DNA from: Chloroflexota bacterium
Lineage (GTDB): Bacteria; Chloroflexota; Dehalococcoidia; JACQUO01
Reading direction: 5' to 3'
Assembly (NCBI GenBank): GCA_016210205.1
Contig: JACQUO010000023.1
Location: 3,788-67,787, forward strand
Length of the DNA: 64,000 nt
The position numbers and the translations under genes were made by a program. Position 1 is the stretch's first letter. Each line of letters begins with the position of its first letter. Below the pieces are notes generated by a model. It saw nothing but the letters and a program-made list of their open reading frames with translations. It was not told the DNA's origin and made no database searches. Shown piece by piece: positions 10,120 to 22,180 of the stretch.

Positions 10120-11385
10120 TCATCTCTCCTCGGCGGCGATGTCGGTGCGGTAGTGACGGCCTCGGAACTGGATGCGGGGGATATTCCGATATACCTTCTC
10201 TCGGGCCAGGGCTAGGTCTGGCCCCAGGGCAGCCACGGTAAGCACCCGCCCACCCGCGGTCTCCACCCGGCCCCCCTCTCCCGTGCGGGTGCCGGCGTGG
10301 AAGAGGAGGACGCCCTCCTCCACATCGTCGAGGCCGAAGATGGGGTAGCCGGTCTCGTATTGGCTCGGGTAGCCCCCCGAGGCCAGCACCACCCCCACGC
10401 AGGCCTCCTGCCGCCAGCGAAGCTGCACCTTGTCTAAAGTCCTATCCACAACGGCCATCATTATATCAAAGAGGTCGGCCTCCAGGCGAGGGATTAGCAC
10501 CTGGGTTTCGGGGTCGCCGAAGCGGCAGTTGAACTCCAGGGCCTTGGGGCCTTCGGAGGTCATCATCAGGCCGGCGTAGAGCACCCCCTGGTAGGGATGG
10601 CCCTCCTTCGCCAGGGCCCGCACCGCAGGCAGGAGGATGCTCTCCTTCACTTGCTGGGTCAGCTCCGGGGTGAAGCGGGCCGGCGGGCTGAAGCTGCCCA
10701 TGCCGCCGGTGTTGGGCCCCCGGTCGCCGTCCCGGGCGCGCTTGTAGTCGCAGGCAGGGGCCAGGGGCAGCACCGTCTCCCCGTCGCAGAGGGCCAGGAG
10801 ACTGGCCTCCCAGCCGAAGAGGCACTCCTCCACCAGCACCCGACTGCCCGCCGCCCCGAAAACATGCTCCTCCATGATGGCGTGGAGGGCGGCCACAGCC
10901 TCCTCTTTCGTCTGGGCCACGGTGACCCCCTTGCCCGCGGCCAGGCCGTCGGCCTTGACCACCATGGGCACGGGCTGAGACTCGACATAGCCCTTGGCCT
11001 CGGCGAAGTCGCTGAAGGTGCGGGAGCGGGCGCAGGGGATGCCTGCCCTCTGCATCAAGTCCTTGGCGAAGACCTTGCTGGACTCCAGGCGGGCGGCGGA
11101 CTGGGTGGGCCCGAAGGCGACCAGCCCTAGGCGGACGAAGAAGTCCACCAGGCCCGCGGCCAGGGGGGCCTCCGGCCCCACCACCGTGAGGTCGATGCGC
11201 TCGATGCGGGCGGCGTGGGCCAGGGTGGGTAGGTCCGTGGGCTGAATGTCCAGGTTGGTGGCCATGGCCGCGGTGCCGGCGTTGCCGGGGGCCACATAGA
11301 GCCGCCCCACCTGGGGGCTTTGCCGGAGCTTCCAGGCCAGGGCGTGCTCCCGCCCCCCAGCGCCCACGATGAGGATGTTGGCCAA
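10120..11385 (-). CDS. purD: Phosphoribosylamine-glycine ligase
   Basis: [49 protein letters not shown]. Confidence 0.95.
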   Translation of the reverse strand: MANILIVGAGGREHALAWKLRQSPQVGRLYVAPGNAGTAAMATNLDIQPTDLPTLAHAARIERIDLTVVGPEAPLAAGLVDFFVRLGLVAFGPTQSAARLESSKVFAKDLMQRAGIPCARSRTFSDFAEAKGYVESQPVPMVVKADGLAAGKGVTVAQTKEEAVAALHAIMEEHVFGAAGSRVLVEECLFGWEASLLALCDGETVLPLAPACDYKRARDGDRGPNTGGMGSFSPPARFTPELTQQVKESILLPAVRALAKEGHPYQGVLYAGLMMTSEGPKALEFNCRFGDPETQVLIPRLEADLFDIMMAVVDRTLDKVQLRWRQEACVGVVLASGGYPSQYETGYPIFGLDDVEEGVLLFHAGTRTGEGGRVETAGGRVLTVAALGPDLALAREKVYRNIPRIQFRGRHYRTDIAAEER

Positions 11386-11430
11386 GTTGTTGACTCTCTA
11401 TCTTTGTGGGTGTTGATGGGTTGCTGCGGT

Positions 11431-12549
11431 CTAGTCGGTGCGAACCGCTGCTTTAAGGTTGATGGTTTGTCCGGTGGTGATTTCACCGTAGAGCATATAC
11501 CAGCGGCCATCGGTGGCCTGGTAAACATCCGGGTCCACCAAGCCTGGGACCCCGGCTGGCGGGACTAGCAAATCTTCCTGGTCAATAGTAAAGGTCAGCC
11601 CATCCGGGGAGTGAGCTAGACGGAAACGCTGGCAGCCGAGGCCGCCGCACCGAGGTTCGAATTCGCTGTAGGCCAGGTACATCAGTAAGGAACCATCGGG
11701 CTGCAGCACCGCATCGGGGTCCACATAGGCGCTCCGTCCATTCACGCCCGCAAGGCGATAGCCGGCCTCGGGCATCCAGGTCAGGCCGCCATCGGCGCTC
11801 CTCATGCTGGCGGTGGATACGCCGCCAGCCACATAGTAGAGGCGGAAAGAGCCATCTGCCAGCCTTATGAGGTCCGGCACCGATTGGAAGATTCCCCCAT
11901 TAAGGCTCCGGTCTAAGGCTGAGTCGGGCAAGCGAACCGCTGAACCAAAGGTAATCCCATCATCGGAGACCCGCGCATACAATCTTCTGTCCCGCTGGTT
12001 CGGCGGTGATTCAGCACTGGACTCGTAGACCATGAGGAGCTTGCCGTCATCCCGCTGGAGCACCGCCGGGTTGGACACAAAAGCGTCCGCGCTCCCCGGG
12101 GTCCGGGTGCCCCGGATGTTGGTGGAGGTCGTCCTGGAGAGGTCCCGCCCATCGGCGCTCTCGGCGAAGACGATGTCGCCGAAGTCCATGAAGTAAGTCC
12201 TCACTCGGTCCCTGATGCGGATGGAGGAGCTGGAAGTGACATTTTGCCTCATCACCCCTGGCAGAGCGCTCCAGTGCTCGGCCGGCACCGGCGTGGGGGT
12301 AGGCGGAGCATGGGTTGGAGTGGACGTGGACGTCGCCGTGGGCGCTACTGTAGGTGCAAGCGTGGCGGTGGGGACAGGCGTAGGTGGCCGTGCTATGGGG
12401 GATGGGATGACGGTGGCAGCAGCGGTGGGGTTGGGTGGAGCTGCCGTGGCGGTGGCCGCAGGGGGCTGCCCCTGGCAGGCCGCCAACATTGCTGGGGCGA
12501 AGAGCGCCGTAGCAAAAGCTCCACTAACTATAAGACTGTGTCTCACCAC
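11431..12549 (-). CDS. Lipoprotein with Pro/Thr linker and Asp-box (BNR) beta-propeller, sialidase/glycosidase-like
   Basis: Lipobox LAAC; four S-x-D-G-x-T-F/W-like boxes (SADGRDL, SDDGITF, SADGGLTW, SPDGLTF) and repeated DP/NP-x-V blades; start uncertain (12549, 12585 or 12609). Confidence 0.75.
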   Translation of the reverse strand: MVRHSLIVSGAFATALFAPAMLAACQGQPPAATATAAPPNPTAAATVIPSPIARPPTPVPTATLAPTVAPTATSTSTPTHAPPTPTPVPAEHWSALPGVMRQNVTSSSSIRIRDRVRTYFMDFGDIVFAESADGRDLSRTTSTNIRGTRTPGSADAFVSNPAVLQRDDGKLLMVYESSAESPPNQRDRRLYARVSDDGITFGSAVRLPDSALDRSLNGGIFQSVPDLIRLADGSFRLYYVAGGVSTASMRSADGGLTWMPEAGYRLAGVNGRSAYVDPDAVLQPDGSLLMYLAYSEFEPRCGGLGCQRFRLAHSPDGLTFTIDQEDLLVPPAGVPGLVDPDVYQATDGRWYMLYGEITTGQTINLKAAVRTD

Positions 12550-12599
12550 TTTATAGCGCAAGAGGGTAAATATTTCTGTCCGCATCCCATGAATTATTT

Positions 12600-14279
<1,680 letters not shown>

Positions 14280-14368
14280 AAGTGAGAGGTTTTGAGGGGG
14301 CCTTTTGCTGTTAGCTTATCATCAAGGCTAGGTTTTGTAAATCGCCTTAGGGAGGCTGGGTAAACTGT

Positions 14369-14397
14369 TTGACCTCGGCTTGCCAATTGTGTAGCAT
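14369..14397 (+). promoter_or_regulatory. Sigma70-type promoter
   Basis: TTGACC-17 nt-TAGCAT followed by AGGAGGAGG RBS. Confidence 0.6.
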
Positions 14398-14418
14398 ACA
14401 GGAGGAGGTGGCGCGCGC

Positions 14419-15312
14419 GTGGCAGAAATCCAATACACCGAAAAACCAGAGCTCCACAAGCCCAATATGGTCTTGGGTTTCAGCGGCTGGCTCAACGGCG
14501 GCGAGGCCTCCACCGGCGTCTTGGTCTATCTGGTCAACAAACTCAAGGCCACCAAGTTCGCGGAGCTGGACGCCGAGGACTACCACATCTACCAGGTTCC
14601 AGGGGTGGAGATGCTGCGCCCCCATATGCGCTCCTTCATGGGGGTGCCCCAGGAGATACTTTTCCCCACCAACGAGTTCTACTACTGGAAGAACGAGAAG
14701 GGCGAGGGCGACCTGGTCCTGTTCCTGGGCTCTGAGCCCAACCTGAAGTGGCGGAGCTTCGGCAACAAAATCATGGATGTGGCCCAGGAGTACGGAGTGA
14801 AGCGGCTTCACTCCGTGGGGGGCGTGCTGGACCGTAGCCCCCATACCCGCGAGCCCAGGCTGTTCGCCTCCATGAGCGAGCCCCACCTGCGGGAGGAGAT
14901 GAGCAAGCATGTGATGGGATTCGGCACCTATGAGGGGCCTAGCAGCTTCACCTCGATGCTCCACTACCTGGCCCGGGAAAGGCACCTCGAGGCGGTCAGC
15001 CTCTCCGTGCGTTCGCCCATCTACATCCAGGGTCGCAACCCCCGGGCCTGGCTGGCGGTGTTGGAACGCCTGATCAAGCTCCTGGACCTGAAACTGGACC
15101 TGGATGACCTGCGCCTGGAGTGCGCCATCATGGACCGGCGCCTGGACCGCATCGCCAAGGAGAACCCCGAGGTGATGACCAGGCTCAAGGAGTGGGAACA
15201 GGCCTACGACACCGCCACGCAGGAGGACCAGGCCCCCGCCGAGCTCACCGCTGAGGACGCCGTCCGCGAGGCGGAAGACCTGCTGCGCCACCTGGGCGAG
15301 GAGAGCAGCTGA
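14419..15312 (+). CDS. PAC2 family (proteasome assembly chaperone-like) protein
   Basis: GFSGWLNGGEAS, GSEPNLKW, PHTR, YEGPSS, PIYI...NPRA. Confidence 0.8.
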   Translation: MAEIQYTEKPELHKPNMVLGFSGWLNGGEASTGVLVYLVNKLKATKFAELDAEDYHIYQVPGVEMLRPHMRSFMGVPQEILFPTNEFYYWKNEKGEGDLVLFLGSEPNLKWRSFGNKIMDVAQEYGVKRLHSVGGVLDRSPHTREPRLFASMSEPHLREEMSKHVMGFGTYEGPSSFTSMLHYLARERHLEAVSLSVRSPIYIQGRNPRAWLAVLERLIKLLDLKLDLDDLRLECAIMDRRLDRIAKENPEVMTRLKEWEQAYDTATQEDQAPAELTAEDAVREAEDLLRHLGEESS

Positions 15313-15347
15313 TTCCCCCGCTCTGCGGCGCTCGGCGAGCTTAGCGC

Positions 15348-16031
15348 ATGACATCCCTATCCCAAGCCGTGAATGACGCTGCCAGTCCAGAGCGCCTGGC
15401 CCAGGCCCTGGAAGCGCTGAAAAAGGGGGGAGTTATCGCCTTTCCCACCGACACGGTTTACGGCCTGGGCGCCCTGGCCACGGATGACCAGGCCGTGGGC
15501 AAGCTCTTCCGCCTCAAGGGCCGCTCTGCGGGCCACCCCCTGCCCATCCTGGTGGCCGACTTGGGCATGGCGGAGCAGACGGCGCGGCTGTCCCCAGCGG
15601 CCCGGGCGCTGGCGCGGGCCTGCTGGCCCGGCCCTCTGACCCTGGTACTGCCCCGCCAGCCGGCCTTCCGTAGCCTGGCTCTGGCGGGCGGGGAGACCGT
15701 CGCCGTGCGCCAGCCCGCCCACCGGGTACCACTGGCTTTGATGCAGGCCCTGAGTGCGCCTATCACCGGCACCAGTGCCAACCGGAGCGGCCACCCTAGC
15801 CCCAAGACGGCGGACGAGGTGCGCCGACAACTGGGGCAGGCGGTGGACCTAATTTGGGACGCTGGCCCCTGTCCTGGCGGCCAAGAGTCCACTATAATAG
15901 ACCTGAGCGGTCCCAGGCCGGTGGTCCTTCGAGTTGGGCCGCTGTCCCTGGAGACCATTGCGCAGGTATTAGGACGAAAAGTCCTCCTGGCTGAGGCCTA
16001 TGGGTCAGCAACCGCAAGGGAGGTCAACTGA
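15348..16031 (+). CDS. tsaC: L-threonylcarbamoyladenylate synthase (YrdC/Sua5)
   Basis: FPTDTVYGL, KGR...PL, WPGPLTLV, TSANRSG, ESTIID. Confidence 0.92.
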   Translation: MTSLSQAVNDAASPERLAQALEALKKGGVIAFPTDTVYGLGALATDDQAVGKLFRLKGRSAGHPLPILVADLGMAEQTARLSPAARALARACWPGPLTLVLPRQPAFRSLALAGGETVAVRQPAHRVPLALMQALSAPITGTSANRSGHPSPKTADEVRRQLGQAVDLIWDAGPCPGGQESTIIDLSGPRPVVLRVGPLSLETIAQVLGRKVLLAEAYGSATAREVN

Positions 16032-16507
16032 TGCTCATCGCCTTAGGATGTGACCACGCCGGATTGCACCTGAAGAACCTGGTGGCCAGCACCCTTCAAG
16101 AGTTGGGCCACACCTATGAGGACTTCGGCTGTTTCAGCACCACCTCGGTGGACTACCCGGACATCGCCATCCCGGTGGCCCAGGCCGTGGCCGAAGGCAA
16201 GTTCCAGATGGGCATCCTGGTGTGCAGCACCGGCATCGGCATGGCCCTGGCGGCCAACAAAATCCCAGGCGTCCGGGCGGCCGTCTGCCACGACACCTTC
16301 TGCGCTCAGCGGGCCCGGGAGCACAACGACGCCAATGTCCTCTGCTTGGGAGAAGGGGTCATCGGCACGGGCGTGGCTCGAGAGGTGCTGCGAGCTTTCC
16401 TGGGCGGCCAGTTCGTGGGCGGACGGCACGCCCGCCGCCTGGAGAAAATCCGGAGCGTGGAAAACGCTCCCCGAACCCAAGAGGCCGTCCCTCCCGCAAA
16501 GTCTTGA
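16031..16507 (+). CDS. rpiB: Ribose-5-phosphate isomerase B
   Basis: GCDHAG, VDYPD, CSTGIGM, ANKIPGVRAA, REHNDANVL, GGRHARR. Confidence 0.95.
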   Translation: MLIALGCDHAGLHLKNLVASTLQELGHTYEDFGCFSTTSVDYPDIAIPVAQAVAEGKFQMGILVCSTGIGMALAANKIPGVRAAVCHDTFCAQRAREHNDANVLCLGEGVIGTGVAREVLRAFLGGQFVGGRHARRLEKIRSVENAPRTQEAVPPAKS

Positions 16508-16559
16508 CTGCCCCCAAAGCCAAGGCTGACTTTCCCCCGAAGTTGAACCAGGAGGCATT

Positions 16560-18440
16560 GTGGCCTCGGTCTTAGACAGGATTAGCGGCCCCCAAGACCT
16601 GAAGGGCCTGACTTCCCCAGAGCTGGCCCAGTTGGCCCGAGAGGTCCGGGAGCGCCTAGTGAGCACCGTCAGCGCCAACGGGGGCCATCTGGCCTCCAAC
16701 CTCGGCGGCGTCGAGCTCACCATCGCCCTCCACCGGGCCTTCCGCAGCCCGGAGGACAAAATTCTCTGGGACGTGGGGCACCAGTGCTATGTCCACAAGC
16801 TCCTGACGGGCCGAAACCAGAGCTTTGCCTCGCTCCGCCAGTGGGGGGGCATCTCCGGCTTCCCGGAGCCCCAGGAAAGCCCCCACGATATCGTCGCCGT
16901 GGGGCATGCCAGCACCTCCATCTCCTCCGCCCTGGGGCTGGCCCTAGCGCGGGACCTGGCCGGGGCGAAACACCATGTGGTGGCCGTCATCGGCGACGGC
17001 GCCCTCACCGGAGGCCAGGCTTTCGAGGCCTTGAACCACGCCGGGCATCTGGGCACACGCCTCATCGTCGTGCTCAACGATAACGCTATGGCCATCTCCC
17101 CCAGCGTGGGGGCCCTGGCGCATTCTTTGAACCGCATCCGCCTGAGCCCCAGTTACCACGAGGCCAAAGAGGGCCTGGGGAAGCTCCTGCCCCGTCTCCC
17201 CCTGGGAGGGCCTTTCTGGAGCCTGTCCAAGCGCCTGAAGAAAGGGGTCAAGGGGCTTATTGTCCCCACCATGCTCTTCGAGGAGCTGGGCTTTGACTAC
17301 ATCGGCCCTATCGATGGCCATGACATCGATGAGGTAGAGGAGGCGCTGCTCCAGGCCCAGCGCCTGGTGCGGCGGCCTGCCCTGGTCCATGTCCTCACGC
17401 AAAAAGGTAAGGGCTATACCCAGGCGGAGCGGGACCCGGTGGCCTACCACGGGCTGTCCCCGACCCGTCCGGCCCAGGCGACCGAGCCTGACTCGCCCAC
17501 CTACACCCAGGTCTTCGCCCAAACAATGGCGCGGCTCATGGCGGCGGAGCCCAAGGTGGTAGCCATCACCGCGGCCATGCCCGAGGGCACGGGCCTCAGC
17601 CAGGTCATCACCCGCTTCCCCAGCCGGGTCTTCGACGTGGGCATCTGCGAGCCGCACGCGGTGACTCTGGCCGCCGGCCTGGCCAGCCAGGGCCTCATCC
17701 CCGTGGTGGCCATCTACTCCACCTTCCTCCAGCGCGCCTTCGACCAAATCCTCCAGGATGTCTGTCTGCAGGAGCTCCCGGTGGTCTTCGCCATCGACCG
17801 GGGCGGCCTAGTGGGCGAGGACGGCAAGACCCATCAGGGCAGCTTCGACCTCTCCTATCTGGGCTTGGCCCCCAACCTGGTGGTGGCAGCTCCCGCCGAC
17901 GAGAACGAGCTTCAGCACCTGCTTTATACCGCCGTCAAGGCCGGAAAGCCCATGGCGGTGCGCTACCCCCGGGGCCGCGGGCCGGGCCGAGCCCGGGAGC
18001 CAGCCTTCCGGGAACTGCCCATCGGGCAAGGGGTGATGGTCAAGCCGGGGCCGGACGCCACCATCGTGGCCCTCGGCTCGGCAGTGGCACCATCCCTGGA
18101 GGCGAGCCGCCTCCTGGAGGGGCGGGGACTGCGCTGCGGCGTCATCAACGCCCGCTATGTGAAACCTTTGGATACGGAACTAATCCTGCGTGAGGGCGCG
18201 GTCAGCCGGCGGGTGCTCACCGTGGAGGAGAATGTCCTGCTCGGCGGCTTCGGGAGCGTGGTGCGGGCTGCCCTGGCGGTCTGTCCCGGGATACGGGTGG
18301 AGTGCCTGGGCCTTCCCGACAAGTTCATCGAGCATGGCCCTCAGGGGCTACTCCGGGCCAAGTATAGCCTGGATGGGCCGGGCATCGCTCGGCGGCTGCT
18401 GGTGGGCTTCCCGGAACTGGAGCGCTTGCCCCTTTCTTAG
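16560..18440 (+). CDS. dxs: 1-deoxy-D-xylulose-5-phosphate synthase
   Basis: GGHLASNLG, WDVGHQ.Y.HK, GHASTSIS, GDGALTGG, YSTFLQRAFDQ, GEDGKTHQG. Confidence 0.96.
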   Translation: MASVLDRISGPQDLKGLTSPELAQLAREVRERLVSTVSANGGHLASNLGGVELTIALHRAFRSPEDKILWDVGHQCYVHKLLTGRNQSFASLRQWGGISGFPEPQESPHDIVAVGHASTSISSALGLALARDLAGAKHHVVAVIGDGALTGGQAFEALNHAGHLGTRLIVVLNDNAMAISPSVGALAHSLNRIRLSPSYHEAKEGLGKLLPRLPLGGPFWSLSKRLKKGVKGLIVPTMLFEELGFDYIGPIDGHDIDEVEEALLQAQRLVRRPALVHVLTQKGKGYTQAERDPVAYHGLSPTRPAQATEPDSPTYTQVFAQTMARLMAAEPKVVAITAAMPEGTGLSQVITRFPSRVFDVGICEPHAVTLAAGLASQGLIPVVAIYSTFLQRAFDQILQDVCLQELPVVFAIDRGGLVGEDGKTHQGSFDLSYLGLAPNLVVAAPADENELQHLLYTAVKAGKPMAVRYPRGRGPGRAREPAFRELPIGQGVMVKPGPDATIVALGSAVAPSLEASRLLEGRGLRCGVINARYVKPLDTELILREGAVSRRVLTVEENVLLGGFGSVVRAALAVCPGIRVECLGLPDKFIEHGPQGLLRAKYSLDGPGIARRLLVGFPELERLPLS

Positions 18441-18464
18441 GGTGAAGCGCCTATGTCCTGGCTG

Positions 18465-18492
18465 GGAGCCGGTGCGGTGCCGCTCCTTTTTT
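18465..18492 (+). terminator. Possible intrinsic terminator after dxs
   Basis: GGAGC..GCTCC stem followed by T6. Confidence 0.5.
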
Positions 18493-18526
18493 CTTAATCT
18501 CACGGGCCACCGGAGCCCGCCGAAAA

Positions 18527-18592
18527 AGAGGCGCAGGATATTTCCCGCCGGCGGTCTGGGGTGTCCCCCAAGATGGGGGGATAGAGGGGACT
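18527..18592 (+). repeat. Truncated copy of dispersed G-rich repeat
   Basis: GCAGG..CCCGCCGGCGGTCTGGGGTGTCCCCCA..GGGGGGATAGAGGGG matches repeat core with middle deleted. Confidence 0.6.
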
Positions 18593-18630
18593 GATACAGA
18601 CTATTTTAGCACTCTGTATAGGGGGAGACC

Positions 18631-19650
18631 TTGCTTGAGCCAGCCAGCCTCTCGCGCCACCGGACGTCGGTGGAGGAGGAAATGCGGCGCGTGGTGGGGG
18701 AGTCGTCTCTGCCCCTCTACCGCATGATGCGGTATCACCTGGGGTGGGAGGATGAAGAGGGGAACACGGCTCGCAGCGGGGGCAAAGGGCTGCGCTCCGC
18801 CCTCTGTCTCCTGGCCTGCGAGGCGGTAGGAGGGGCGGCCCCACGAGCCTTGCCCGCGGCCGCCGCCGTAGAGCTGGTGCATAATTTCTCCCTCATCCAC
18901 GACGATATCGAGGACGGCAGCGCCCACCGCCGGGGGAGGCCCACGGTGTGGAAGCTCTGGGGGGTGCCCCACGCGGTGAACGCCGGGGACGCCATGCTCG
19001 TGCTGGCGCAGCGCGCCCTGCTGGCGCTGTCGTCGCGGGGGCTAGCGCTGCAGCGAGTGCATCGGGCTGCGGAGGCGCTGGAGGAAACCTGCCTGCGTCT
19101 CTGCCAGGGGCAGTTCCTGGACCTGGACTTTGAAGGCCGTCCCCAAGTCTCCCTGGAAGAGTACCTGGAGATGATTGAAGGCAAGAGCGGCGCCCTCATG
19201 GGCTGCGCCCTGGAGCTGGGGGCACTGGCCGGGGACGCTCCAGCGGAGACCTCCCGAAGCCTGGGGGCTTGGGGGCGCCGGCTGGGCTGCGCCTTCCAAA
19301 TGCAGGACGATTTTCTGGGCCTGTGGGGAAATGAGCAGGAGACAGGAAAATCGGCCCGGGATGACCTCATGCGCAAGAAAAAGAGCCTGCCGGTGGTGTT
19401 GGCTCTGGGGCAGCCAGGCGACATTGGGGCCAGGCTGCGGGCCTTATACCGCCAGGAGTCCTTGACCCCCGAGGAGGCGGAGATGGCTCGCGGCCTCATG
19501 GAGCGCCTGGGCGCCCGCAGCCTGGCCCAGGCCAAAACGCAGGAGTCCCTGGAGCAGGCCCTGGCCGGCCTCCCGGCCCTGCCCCTGCAGCACGGGCCGG
19601 CGGCAGAGCTACGGGAAGTAGCCCTTTTCCTGGTGAACCGGAAATCCTAG
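18631..19650 (+). CDS. idsA: Polyprenyl diphosphate synthase (GGPP synthase type)
   Basis: GGKGLR, HNFSLIHDDIED..RRGRPT, NAGD, GQFLD, FQMQDD. Confidence 0.9.
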   Translation: MLEPASLSRHRTSVEEEMRRVVGESSLPLYRMMRYHLGWEDEEGNTARSGGKGLRSALCLLACEAVGGAAPRALPAAAAVELVHNFSLIHDDIEDGSAHRRGRPTVWKLWGVPHAVNAGDAMLVLAQRALLALSSRGLALQRVHRAAEALEETCLRLCQGQFLDLDFEGRPQVSLEEYLEMIEGKSGALMGCALELGALAGDAPAETSRSLGAWGRRLGCAFQMQDDFLGLWGNEQETGKSARDDLMRKKKSLPVVLALGQPGDIGARLRALYRQESLTPEEAEMARGLMERLGARSLAQAKTQESLEQALAGLPALPLQHGPAAELREVALFLVNRKS

Positions 19651-19677
19651 CGCATTGAACTAGAAAGAGCGAAGAAC

Positions 19678-21297
19678 ATGAGCGGTGGCGACCTCCTGGT
19701 CAGCGCCCTGGCGACGGAAGGGGTGAAATATATCTTCTCCCTGAGCGGAGCGGAAACCCATTCCATCTTCGACGCCTGTTTGGACCGGGGCATCGAAATC
19801 ATGGACTCCCGGCACGAGCAGGCCGCCGTCCACATGGCCGACGGCTGGGCTCGGGCCACGGGGCAGCCCGGGGTGGCGGTGCTGGCGGCCGGGCCGGGCG
19901 TCACCAACGGCATCACCGCCGTGGCGGCCGCTTTGCAGGCCCACAGCCCCATCCTGGTCATCGGCGGGCGCAGCCCCCTGGCCCAGGCGGAGCGGGGCGC
20001 CGCCCGGGAGCTGGATCAAATCGCCCTCATGCGCCCCATCACCAAATGGGCCCAGACCATCTATGACACCAGCCGCATCCCCGACATGATGGCCACGGCC
20101 TTCCGCCACGCCCTGACGGGGCGCCCCGGCCCCGTTTTCCTGGACATCCCCCGAGATGTCCTGGAGGCAGAGGTGTCCCCGCCACCGCCGGCGCCGCAGG
20201 GCTCCCGTCCGCACGGGGGCGTGCACGGCGACCCCGCCTCAGTCCGGGCGGCGGTGGAGTTGATGGCTAAAGCCCGGCGCCCCGTCATCCTGGCGGGGAC
20301 CGGCCTGCGGCTTTCTGGGGCTGGTCATCAGCTCCTGCATCTGGCGGAGGAGACAGAGGTGCCGGTGGTCCTGGCCAAGGGGGGAGCCAGGGGATGCCTG
20401 CCGGAGGACCACCCCCTCTGCTTCCTGCGTCGCCAGTTGCCCACCCAGGAAGCGGACCTGGTGCTAGTCCTGGGGACACGCCTGGACGCCGCCCTCTCCT
20501 TCGGCGGCCCTCCCACCTTCGGGGAGAAGGCTAAAGTGATTCAAGTGGACATCGAGCCCCGGGAGATAGGGCGCAACCGGCCCGTGGCGGTGGGCATCGC
20601 GGGGGACCTCAAGGCAGTGCTGGGCCAGATGCTCCAGGAGCTGAAGGGGCTTCCCAAGCCCAAACGTGGCTCCTGGCTGGAAACGTGCCATGCCTCGCGG
20701 CGGGCCTGGCAGCAGCGTCTGGAGCCCGACCTGAACTCCGCGCAGGTCCCCATCCACCCCCTGCGACTCTGCCGGGAGCTGCGGGACTTTCTTCAGCCCG
20801 ATGCCACCATCGCCCCCGATGGCGGCGACACCTCGGTGTTTGGCTCGTCCGTGCTCAGAGCCTTTCACCCGGGCCACTGGCTGGACAACGGCCTCTGGAC
20901 CCTGGGCACGGGCATCCCCTTCGCCATGGCGGCCAAGCTGGCTCGCCCGGACCAGCAGGCAGTGGTCTTGACCGGCGATGGCTCCTTCGGCTTCAACGCC
21001 ATGGAGTTCCACACCATGGTGCGGCGCAAGCTTCCCGTGGTGGTGGTCATCAACAACGACGGGGCCTGGGGCATGATTAAGCATATCCAGACGGGCCGGT
21101 ACGGCGCGGCGCGGGTGGTGGCCACGGAGCTGGGGCTTACCAGATATGATAAGATGGTAGAGGCCCTGGGAGGCCACGGCGAGTATGTGGAGCAGCCCCA
21201 GGACATCCGCCCGGCCCTGGAGCGGGCTTTCGCCTCGGGCCTGCCCGCTTGTGTCAATGTGAAGGTGGACGATTCCGTCTCCAGCTCCTACCTGTGA
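19678..21297 (+). CDS. ThDP-dependent enzyme (acetolactate synthase / 2-hydroxyacyl-CoA lyase-like)
   Basis: RHEQAAVHMADG, GPGVTN, GRPGPV, GDGSFGF...NNDGAWG ThDP motif; substrate not inferable. Confidence 0.85.
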   Translation: MSGGDLLVSALATEGVKYIFSLSGAETHSIFDACLDRGIEIMDSRHEQAAVHMADGWARATGQPGVAVLAAGPGVTNGITAVAAALQAHSPILVIGGRSPLAQAERGAARELDQIALMRPITKWAQTIYDTSRIPDMMATAFRHALTGRPGPVFLDIPRDVLEAEVSPPPPAPQGSRPHGGVHGDPASVRAAVELMAKARRPVILAGTGLRLSGAGHQLLHLAEETEVPVVLAKGGARGCLPEDHPLCFLRRQLPTQEADLVLVLGTRLDAALSFGGPPTFGEKAKVIQVDIEPREIGRNRPVAVGIAGDLKAVLGQMLQELKGLPKPKRGSWLETCHASRRAWQQRLEPDLNSAQVPIHPLRLCRELRDFLQPDATIAPDGGDTSVFGSSVLRAFHPGHWLDNGLWTLGTGIPFAMAAKLARPDQQAVVLTGDGSFGFNAMEFHTMVRRKLPVVVVINNDGAWGMIKHIQTGRYGAARVVATELGLTRYDKMVEALGGHGEYVEQPQDIRPALERAFASGLPACVNVKVDDSVSSSYL

Positions 21298-21338
21298 TAG
21301 CTCGCGGGTTTTATTCCAAACCATAAAGGGGCGACGCC

Positions 21339-22118
21339 ATGAAGATAGCCATCGCCGGCAAAGGGGGCGTGGGGAAGACCACCCTGGCCAGCCTTCTGGC
21401 CCGGCTTTACGCTCAGCGGGGGCATAAGGTGCTGGCCATCGATGTGGACCCCGACTCCAACCTGGCCGGAGCCCTGGGCATCGCTCCGGAGATAGCCCAG
21501 AAGATAGTCCCCATCGCAGAGATGAAGGAGCTCATCGAGGAGCGCACCGGGGCCAAGCCCGGCACCACCGGGGGCATGTTCCGTCTCAACCCCCGCGTGG
21601 ATGACATCCCCGATAGATTTTCCGCCAGCATCGACGGGGTGCGGCTCCTGGTGCTGGGCACGGTGAAGCACGCCCTCTCCGGCTGCATCTGCCCGGAAAG
21701 CGCCCTCATTGATGCCCTGGTGCGCCACCTGGTCCTGGGCCGGAAAGAGGTGGTCATCCTGGACATGTACGCGGGCATCGAACACCTGGGCCGGGGCACC
21801 GCCGGGGGCGTTGACGCCTTCATCATCGTGGTGGAGCCGGGAAGGCGCAGCCTCCAGACCGCGGAGAGCATCCGGCATCTCGCCGGCGGCCTGGGCATCA
21901 AACACACTTTTGTGGTGGGCTGCAAGACCCGAAGCGAGGCCGAGCGCCAGTTCATTCGAGACAACATGAAGGACTTCCCCATCCTGGGGTTCATCAACTA
22001 CAATACCGGCATCATCGACGCCGACCTGCAGGGACGCAGCCCCTACGAAGTTGATACTACAGCGGTGGCAGAAGCGCGGGCCATCATGGCTCGCCTCGAG
22101 GAGGCCGTCAAGGCCTGA
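21339..22118 (+). CDS. cooC: CO dehydrogenase/ACS nickel-insertion ATPase (CooC/AcsF)
   Basis: GKGGVGKT, D.DPDSNL, F.LNP.VDDIP, GCICP, AGIEHLGRGT. Confidence 0.9.
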   Translation: MKIAIAGKGGVGKTTLASLLARLYAQRGHKVLAIDVDPDSNLAGALGIAPEIAQKIVPIAEMKELIEERTGAKPGTTGGMFRLNPRVDDIPDRFSASIDGVRLLVLGTVKHALSGCICPESALIDALVRHLVLGRKEVVILDMYAGIEHLGRGTAGGVDAFIIVVEPGRRSLQTAESIRHLAGGLGIKHTFVVGCKTRSEAERQFIRDNMKDFPILGFINYNTGIIDADLQGRSPYEVDTTAVAEARAIMARLEEAVKA

Positions 22119-22180
22119 AGGGTGAAGAGGGCTCGGGGACTGGAGGCCAGGCCTTTAATACCATATTGAGGAGGGCCCCC

